A DNA stretch of 64,000 nt, taken from positions 1-64,000 of IMG/VR virus record IMGVR_UViG_3300033994_001756, one strand, 5' to 3'. This DNA comes from a virus. Shown in pieces: positions 17,858 through 24,062 of the stretch. The notes under the pieces were generated by a model, which saw only the letters and a program-made list of their open reading frames with translations, did no database searches and was not told the DNA's origin. Position numbers and translations under genes: made by a program. Within the stretch, counting starts at the first letter, position 1. Each line of letters begins with the position of its first letter.

Positions 17858-18172
17858 ATGACCCGCAACGATCGTCTTACCAGCACCAGCATTCCCAAGG
17901 TCGTGGCTGTTGCCCTTGCTAAGGTTACCGTGGCACGGCCCCACGTTATCGGTCGCCATCGTGCCCAATGGCTGTTCGATCTGGCCACTAGCGACACAGC
18001 ACTACAGGCCGAGCGCAAGCTAGCACGTAAGGCCCTGCAGGCCGCAGCAGACTCTGCAGGGCGTAACATCAGCGCCAAGGCTGATGGCACCCCTATCACC
18101 AACCGTGTCTACTCTAAGGCCAGCAACAAAAGGCTAGTTCGCTGGAGCCAGGATCGTCCTAGCCCAGTCTGA
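17858..18172 (+). CDS. basic hypothetical protein
   Basis: Follows hairpin and TATACT (17810); C/A-rich leader. Confidence 0.6.
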   Translation: MTRNDRLTSTSIPKVVAVALAKVTVARPHVIGRHRAQWLFDLATSDTALQAERKLARKALQAAADSAGRNISAKADGTPITNRVYSKASNKRLVRWSQDRPSPV

Positions 18173-18186
18173 CAAGTGGCACACCG

Positions 18187-18210
18187 GGGCTTGACAGCAA
18201 GCCCTTTTTT
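18187..18210 (+). terminator. rho-independent terminator containing TTGACA
   Basis: GGGCTTG-acag-CAAGCCC-TTTTTT. Confidence 0.7.
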
Positions 18211-18300
18211 GTGCTGTTTTTTCTAGATTATTTCATGGCAGGCGGCGTGGCGACCATTTCATCAGCAGGCTTACCCCAGCCCTCGTTCGCTTGTGAACAT

Positions 18301-18413
18301 AGTCTAGCACACCGCCAGCCCCAAACCGAGCCCAGCTGTGACCAGTTCACAAATCGTCACACAGAAAAAGAGAGTCTACCTTCAGTCTAGCACACCGTCC
18401 GAGCACCCGTCAA
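18301..18413 (-). promoter_or_regulatory. two tandem antisense promoters
   Basis: Minus TTGACG-18-TAGACT (18413-18384); second TGcTAGACT at 18301; shared 14-mer AGTCTAGCACACCG. Confidence 0.65.
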
Positions 18414-18503
18414 GTCCTAAAACCAGTTCAACCACTGGCACAAGACCCCCTAGACTCTGGCCAGGATCTGTGCGATTCTATGGGGGTCAAACAAAGGCAC
18501 CCC

Positions 18504-18653
18504 ATGAATCCCTTCCTCACTGATTCTCAAGTAGAAGAACTGAACACTATGGGTTATATTGAATTGACTGAAGAATTATTAAGCGTTATATTTAATACTA
18601 CCAATGTAGTTTGGGAGAATGATATTCTGGTAGACAAGAATTATTATCAGTAA
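18504..18653 (+). CDS. small hypothetical protein (49 aa)
   Basis: MNPFLTDSQVEELNTMGY...; follows Box A 18420. Confidence 0.5.
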   Translation: MNPFLTDSQVEELNTMGYIELTEELLSVIFNTTNVVWENDILVDKNYYQ

Positions 18654-18840
18654 TATAAAATTATTAACAGTATTACAAATTATTAACCGTAATAGGTAAT
18701 ACTTAACCATACATCCCCCCCACACACGTGGGGGCACAATGTATATACATTTTACATTGTGACAATCCAAGGGCTGGCCACCAACTGGCCCACACCACGC
18801 CAGCCCACCTGCTATACTGATCTCAGTTCAGCCAAAGGCT

Positions 18841-19050
18841 ATGATCGCCAACCACGCCACCGCACAAGACTTCGCCAACTGGGAGGCCAAAGCCAAGGCC
18901 ATGACTATGGCTGGGCTGGTATGGTCAGCACAAGATGCTCGCAAGGCCCAACAGGCGATGCGAGGCTGGAACCCCATCGCTGAGGGTCGCTACAGCGATG
19001 AGGCGAGCACCTATGAGGATGAGATCAGGCGTCGCAGGGCCAGGGCCTGA
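18841..19050 (+). CDS. small early protein
   Basis: TGcTATACT at 18810-18818 upstream. Confidence 0.7.
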   Translation: MIANHATAQDFANWEAKAKAMTMAGLVWSAQDARKAQQAMRGWNPIAEGRYSDEASTYEDEIRRRRARA

Positions 19051-19208
19051 GCTGGCACAAGGCCAGCTGGCCTGCTGGCACACGCTAAACCCCAGTGGGC
19101 CAGTTCTAGAACTGCCACAGCTGTGCCACTTCTAAAGGCTGCACAAGCCCCTGTTGCCAGCTGCCGCTTGGGCCTGCTAGTGTTCCTTACGTACACCGCA
19201 CTACAGCG

Positions 19209-19463
19209 ATGACCACCACTGAAACCCGCCTCACCGTTGAACAGGCCACCTACGCTGTGGAGAGGTTGCTGAGCTGGGCTGACAGCGAGGATGATCGCAA
19301 GCCGAGCACGTTTGCCCTGTGGCTGAGCCTTACCGGAAACGGCGGCACACTATGGGCTTTCGACAGAGGCTACCTAGAGTGCTCGATGCTCGCCGATGCC
19401 CTGCAGGCATGGGCCACCTACCCGAACGAGATCCGAGATTGGCTGGCTGACAACTGCATCTGA
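19209..19463 (+). CDS. cassette gene, hypothetical
   Basis: TTGCCA(19154)-18-TAGTGT promoter; stop inside repeat head. Confidence 0.7.
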   Translation: MTTTETRLTVEQATYAVERLLSWADSEDDRKPSTFALWLSLTGNGGTLWAFDRGYLECSMLADALQAWATYPNEIRDWLADNCI

Positions 19464-19530
19464 GCCCAGCCGGGGACCCTACGGGGTCCCCCCATCTGCT
19501 AAGATTCTCAAGTCCAACCGACACAGACCA

Positions 19531-19761
19531 ATGTCCCGCACCATCTCCACCGATTGCATCCGTTACACTGTTAGTGGCTATGAGTACGATTACGAGCCCA
19601 AAAACTACATGGGCACCCTTGACTGGTTCAACGTCGCCCGTTGTGCCCGTGAGCGCATGACTGAGAATTGCGGCGAAATTAACCGCTGGCGGGGTGAGCG
19701 TCGCTCTTTCTATACGTCCATTGTCAAGATGGACGCCGACACCAAGCATTTGATGGACTGA
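19531..19761 (+). CDS. cassette gene, hypothetical (76 aa)
   Basis: ATG 19531 after TGcTAAGAT. Confidence 0.7.
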   Translation: MSRTISTDCIRYTVSGYEYDYEPKNYMGTLDWFNVARCARERMTENCGEINRWRGERRSFYTSIVKMDADTKHLMD

Positions 19762-19835
19762 CAGCGAGCCCAGCCGGGGACCCTACGGGGTCCCCCTTCC
19801 GTGGTACACTTTACGAGTCCAACCGACACAGACCA

Positions 19836-20021
19836 ATGGCCACGATCAGCCCCATTGAAGCCGACTTTCTGACCCATTGCATTGACGTATGGTGCAATGA
19901 GACTCCCCAGGTCGCCGGCAGGCCCGTGATGTTTACCACGCAAGAGGGTGGAACTGAAAGGGTCCTGCTGACCCACGATCAAATCGAATCCCTGTTCCTG
20001 CGCCTGCAGGCATTGAAGTGA
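19836..20021 (+). CDS. cassette gene, hypothetical
   Basis: After TGgTACACT; stop inside repeat. Confidence 0.7.
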   Translation: MATISPIEADFLTHCIDVWCNETPQVAGRPVMFTTQEGGTERVLLTHDQIESLFLRLQALK

Positions 20022-20080
20022 GCCCAGCTGGGGAGCCTACGGGCTCCCCTTCCTACCCACAAACCAACCCACCTAAGGCC

Positions 20081-20281
20081 ATGGTCAGCACTATCAGCAC
20101 TCACACGGCTTACGATCGCCCGGAAGGGCTGCCCCTTTCCACCGGTAGGTGGGAGATGTGGTGGTGTCTTGCCTGTAACGCTGGCTACCGGGGCGACCGG
20201 CAAGCCAAGCGGCTGGCGCTCGCCCAATACAGGCGAGCAGTCGAGCTGGAGATCGGCTCCCAACTCCTATTCGACGCCTGA
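20081..20281 (+). CDS. cassette gene, hypothetical (66 aa)
   Basis: ATG 20081; stop inside repeat. Confidence 0.65.
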   Translation: MVSTISTHTAYDRPEGLPLSTGRWEMWWCLACNAGYRGDRQAKRLALAQYRRAVELEIGSQLLFDA

Positions 20282-20350
20282 GGCCAGCCGGGGCCAGCTA
20301 CTGGCCCCATCCTGTGGTAGAGTTTGCAAGCAAACCAAGGGAGAACCCCC

Positions 20351-20548
20351 ATGGCTTTCTATCTGCAGGCACCCTCCGGCACCATCGCCACCTTTGAACA
20401 GCTGGCGGCTGATCGGATGGTGTTCGCTTGCGGCCCTGACGTTGTGGAGCTGTCCCTAGAGGATGCTCGCAAGGTCTGGCAGGCCCTGCTGATCTGCCAG
20501 TATCAGCCCACTGATAGGGAGGCTGCACTCCTACATCAGGGCTGGTGA
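20351..20548 (+). CDS. cassette gene, hypothetical (65 aa)
   Basis: ATG 20351 after TGgTAGAGT and GGAG. Confidence 0.7.
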   Translation: MAFYLQAPSGTIATFEQLAADRMVFACGPDVVELSLEDARKVWQALLICQYQPTDREAALLHQGW

Positions 20549-20639
20549 GCCCAGCCGGGGCAAGCTTGACGGCTTGCCCCTTCATCCTCTATACTTAATC
20601 TCAAGCGGGCCGATCGGTGCCCGCACCGCTTCTCAGACC

Positions 20640-20924
20640 ATGGAATACAGCGACCTTTTCACCCCCTGCTCGGTAGGCGACCTGCGCCTACCGCCTAAGT
20701 TCCAGACGATACTTCACGTGCTGTACGTAGATACAGCAGCAAACCAGCCCACACGTGGCTGGCTGTATTTGCCAGCTGGGTTGGTTCTGAGCTGGGCTTG
20801 TGAGCCCGAGCACGGCGAGGAAGTGGAACTGTGGGCATGTGGCCCGCTCAGCCTCACCCGGCCCATGACAGATGAGGAGCGTGAGGATTGGCGCTGCGAT
20901 CAGTACGATCCCGCCGACTGGTGA
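20640..20924 (+). CDS. cassette gene, hypothetical (94 aa)
   Basis: TTGACG(20566)-18-TATACT; ATG 20640. Confidence 0.7.
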   Translation: MEYSDLFTPCSVGDLRLPPKFQTILHVLYVDTAANQPTRGWLYLPAGLVLSWACEPEHGEEVELWACGPLSLTRPMTDEEREDWRCDQYDPADW

Positions 20925-20984
20925 GCCCAGCCGGGGACCCTACTGGGTCCCCCTTCCTACCTACACCCCACAAGCACAAGCACC

Positions 20985-21173
20985 ATGTACGAAACCCTTA
21001 GGGAAGCCACCGAAGCCCGCATGAACGAGCAGGGCTGCATCCCCTATCAGGATGCTTTCAGTGAATCGATCAGCCACGGTGTCGGGCAAGAGTTTTTGGC
21101 CCTGTATGGCTCAGCCATAGGCTGGCCCAATGGGGTTGACGCCGGGGAGTGGCTGGTCTGGCTAGGTTACTGA
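20985..21173 (+). CDS. cassette gene, hypothetical
   Basis: ORF between repeats, ends WLGY. Confidence 0.7.
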   Translation: MYETLREATEARMNEQGCIPYQDAFSESISHGVGQEFLALYGSAIGWPNGVDAGEWLVWLGY

Positions 21174-21268
21174 ATATGAACTTTAGGGCCAGCTCAGCCA
21201 CGGCTGGCCCGCCCATCCTGTAGGATTATCTCAAGCGGGCCGATCGGTGCCCGCACTGCCTGAAGACC

Positions 21269-21562
21269 ATGAATCGCCAACTGCTGACCATCGCCGACGC
21301 CTACATCTCGAACATGTTCGAGTGGGCACGCCGTGCCGACTGCGAGTTTGGCACCGCTTGTGCCGAGCTCGAAACCTACGTCTGCTCGATCACCACGTAC
21401 CGGGAGGATGGCCACGCTTTTGAGAATTGCCCCCACGATCTCTACCAGACCGTGGCGATGCCTGACGGGTTCGCTGAGCTGGAGGATGACGAGGCAGATC
21501 TGGTGATCGAATACCTCGGCGACGTGTGGCCCAGCCTCTGGCGGGACGCCATGGCCTGGTGA
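21269..21562 (+). CDS. cassette gene, acidic hypothetical
   Basis: TAGGAT(21221) -10; stop inside repeat. Confidence 0.7.
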   Translation: MNRQLLTIADAYISNMFEWARRADCEFGTACAELETYVCSITTYREDGHAFENCPHDLYQTVAMPDGFAELEDDEADLVIEYLGDVWPSLWRDAMAW

Positions 21563-21952
21563 GCCCAGCCGGGAGCCCTACGGGGCTCCCCCATTGATCA
21601 GCAATCCTAATCGATCAGCAGTCCTTATCAGTGGGCAGGGGCAGTATAAACGGCCCTTATCGGTCGCCGCCCGCCGTACCCGTGAAAAACCTCTAACTAC
21701 CCTAAGCTATAACGTACCCAGAAAGCCAGAGAGATACTCAACCAACTCAAAAATTTTCCACCAACCTCCAAGCCCATCCAAGGTTTCCCCATATGCCCCT
21801 CCCAACCCGCACAACATATTCCGAGCAATTCACATATATCGCCCTTTGTCTTACCGAGTGTATCAAAATAATCTCGGAAAAAATTTTCAACAAAAAAAAT
21901 TCCGAGAACCGTTTAGATCCTCGGAAAAAATAATTTATTTGAGTTTGTAGAT

Positions 21953-22558
21953 TTAATGATTAGGATCAATAAATGTCCCAGTATGTTTCACTGGATCTAA
22001 AGGCTTTGCACCTCTCGCCTTTTGTTTTGGTGAACGATTTCTTGTAATTCCTGCTTGTACTCCCTTTTCATTTGGTTCACTCATTCCCTGGGATCTTGTA
22101 TTCAATGATGCCCTACGATCTCCTACTGGTTGTGATACTAATGTAGTTCCAGGTCTTGCTGAAGATGATACTTTCTTTTTAATATCCTGCATTGCTTTAC
22201 CTGCACCAATTCTATCAGTTGTTTCTCCAGTTTTAGTTGTATTCTGAATAAATGTATTTGGTTTATCTCCTGGGGTATAGGTTACTTGAATTGGATGTTT
22301 TTTGTGTGTGAATGTATGAGTTCCTGTCTTATCATCCTTTTTATAATCAATATCAGGATGCCTTGGATTGTTGATTGGTTCTGCGAATTTTCCAACTGAT
22401 GCTCTTACTTTATTAACATCCGTTCCCTTCTTTCTTGCAAGACTTAATGGACTTTCTGTTCCAGCTCTCAATTTCTTTGATGCAGGTGGAATCCAAGCAT
22501 CATCTAAAAGTTGAGTATGTTGCTTTGCTTCTTCTAGGAACTGAGCAAATGTTTTCAT
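21953..22558 (-). CDS. putative capsid internal protein
   Basis: MKTFAQFLEEA, resembling T4 CTS; basic. Confidence 0.65.
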   Translation of the reverse strand: MKTFAQFLEEAKQHTQLLDDAWIPPASKKLRAGTESPLSLARKKGTDVNKVRASVGKFAEPINNPRHPDIDYKKDDKTGTHTFTHKKHPIQVTYTPGDKPNTFIQNTTKTGETTDRIGAGKAMQDIKKKVSSSARPGTTLVSQPVGDRRASLNTRSQGMSEPNEKGVQAGITRNRSPKQKARGAKPLDPVKHTGTFIDPNH

Positions 22559-22560
22559 GC

Positions 22561-23196
22561 TTAACCTCTTTTGAATTGATATCGAGTAGTTTTATCTTGT
22601 CTAGTCATTTTAAGTTTATCACGATATAACTTCTCACGACTTGGAGAGTGTCTTCCAGTATTCATATCTGTTGGAACTCCACCAAAAGATTTTCCACCTA
22701 CAGACCTAACATCCTTTGGAACATTTTTCACTGCCTTCATAAACTTTCTACCACTTGTCATCTTAGAGTCATCTTTGTTTGTATTGTAGATATCAACATC
22801 AGAAAATGGTTTTCTGTGGTTTCTTCCTAAGTGTTTTGTAATACTCTTAACAACTTGATGTTGATCTTTCTTTGGTGACTTAAACATTTGCATAGTACGA
22901 AGTCTTTCGTTTGCAAAGTGTCCAGAGTTTTTATGGGTTGTAACTTTCGTTTCCATTCCATCATTTTTGATGGATTTGGTTTCGGGAGTTTTTAAGTTTG
23001 CAGATCCTTTTGGAAGTCCATGCCTTCTGAGCATAGCTCTTCGTTGAGTTCTTTGTTGTGTTGGAGGAGTATTATCATATTCACCATAAGTTCTATTACG
23101 AGCCATAAACCCTCTGGTCGAAGAGGGTCCTCTAGGGCTTAATGCTCTTCCGATTCTTCTTTCAGACTCTAATAGAAATTCAGAATATGTCTTCAT
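22561..23196 (-). CDS. putative capsid internal protein
   Basis: MKTYSEFLLE; very basic. Confidence 0.65.
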   Translation of the reverse strand: MKTYSEFLLESERRIGRALSPRGPSSTRGFMARNRTYGEYDNTPPTQQRTQRRAMLRRHGLPKGSANLKTPETKSIKNDGMETKVTTHKNSGHFANERLRTMQMFKSPKKDQHQVVKSITKHLGRNHRKPFSDVDIYNTNKDDSKMTSGRKFMKAVKNVPKDVRSVGGKSFGGVPTDMNTGRHSPSREKLYRDKLKMTRQDKTTRYQFKRG

Positions 23197-23807
23197 GCCT
23201 GACCTCTTTGCTTTGATGCAACTTGTGATCTTCTGGAAGATTCTACAATAACTTCACCTAAGATTGAATCCACCCAAGCATCAGACATAGACTCACAAAT
23301 TCCTACAGCACTTTCATAGGAGTTTGCATATCCTTCATTTACAAGATAATCTAGAATATACTCAATATCTTCTCTACGGAATCTCTTGATTGTATTTGAT
23401 GCATTCACCTTTTTATTTGATGGCCTATTCCAATTCCTTGGACCAGGAGCAATGACACTTTGTGGTTTATTGAGATTGTGAATCCTAACTCCTAGTTCAT
23501 GTGCTTTTTGTCTGATATGATCAATTTTACTATCATGTACTTTTTTTCTAGCTTCTATATCACCTTGCTTCATTCTAAGTGAATGAGTAATATTTCTAAG
23601 TTGATTATTCTTATTCTTTACGTCTTTTCTAATACCAGGACGAAATCTTGCTAATGGTCTTGCTTTTTGGGTTTTAATATCTGACTGTAGCTGTTTAGCT
23701 TTCTTTGCAACCTTAGGAATACTTTTATCTGGCATTGATCTAAAATTTCTTTCCTTCCAATCTTGATCTTCATACATAGATTGGTAGGCTTCTAATAGAT
23801 TAGTCAT
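23193..23807 (-). CDS. putative head-associated protein
   Basis: LLEAYQSMYE N-terminus; ILDYLVNEGYA...MSDAW..SI domain. Confidence 0.6.
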   Translation of the reverse strand: MTNLLEAYQSMYEDQDWKERNFRSMPDKSIPKVAKKAKQLQSDIKTQKARPLARFRPGIRKDVKNKNNQLRNITHSLRMKQGDIEARKKVHDSKIDHIRQKAHELGVRIHNLNKPQSVIAPGPRNWNRPSNKKVNASNTIKRFRREDIEYILDYLVNEGYANSYESAVGICESMSDAWVDSILGEVIVESSRRSQVASKQRGQA

Positions 23808-23827
23808 TAGGTTAAAAAATTTTTAAT

Positions 23828-23835
23828 TATTTATT
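23828..23835 (-). promoter_or_regulatory. T4-type late promoter
   Basis: AATAAATA on minus strand, 21 bp upstream of ATG 23807. Confidence 0.7.
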
Positions 23836-23869
23836 TCGGCTATATACTGTAGTTTTTAATACACACTAC

Positions 23870-24052
23870 ATGTCAACATTTTCTTCGTTTACAACAGAAG
23901 TGCAGTATGATGATAAGTCTGGCGAATACTTTATTACATTTCCAGATGAGATCGTTGATGAGATGCAATGGCAAGAGGGCGATACTTTAGAGTTTGAATA
24001 CTTTGATCACCATGATACTCCAGGTATTCGCATACATAAAGTAGGAGACTGA
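23870..24052 (+). CDS. AbrB/SpoVT-like DNA-binding protein
   Basis: YFITFPDEIVDEMQWQEGDTLEF swapped-hairpin pattern. Confidence 0.65.
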   Translation: MSTFSSFTTEVQYDDKSGEYFITFPDEIVDEMQWQEGDTLEFEYFDHHDTPGIRIHKVGD

Positions 24053-24062
24053 TTTAAATAAT

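Larger units (their letters stand above)
19461..21592 (+). repeat. array of eight intergenic repeat modules (TGAGCCCAGCC plus GC hairpin)
   Basis: Copies at 19461, 19766, 20019, 20279, 20546, 20922, 21186 (hairpin only), 21560. Confidence 0.92.

Noticed and set aside
18225-18285. Hammerhead ribozyme on minus strand (CTGATGA...stem...GAAA)
   Set aside because: Extra base before stem II, and no stem I/III with a UH cleavage triplet can be formed.
17753-21436. Minus-strand and alternative-frame ORFs in the GC-rich island
   Set aside because: Expected shadows in high-GC DNA; they cross repeat modules, while + strand ORFs fit the modules exactly.
19461-21592. CRISPR array
   Set aside because: Intervals are 250-380 bp, variable and contain whole ORFs; repeats are degenerate; no cas genes.
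21594-21950. 118-aa ORF at island border
   Set aside because: TTG start, spans motif clusters and A-tracts, low-complexity product; probably non-coding.
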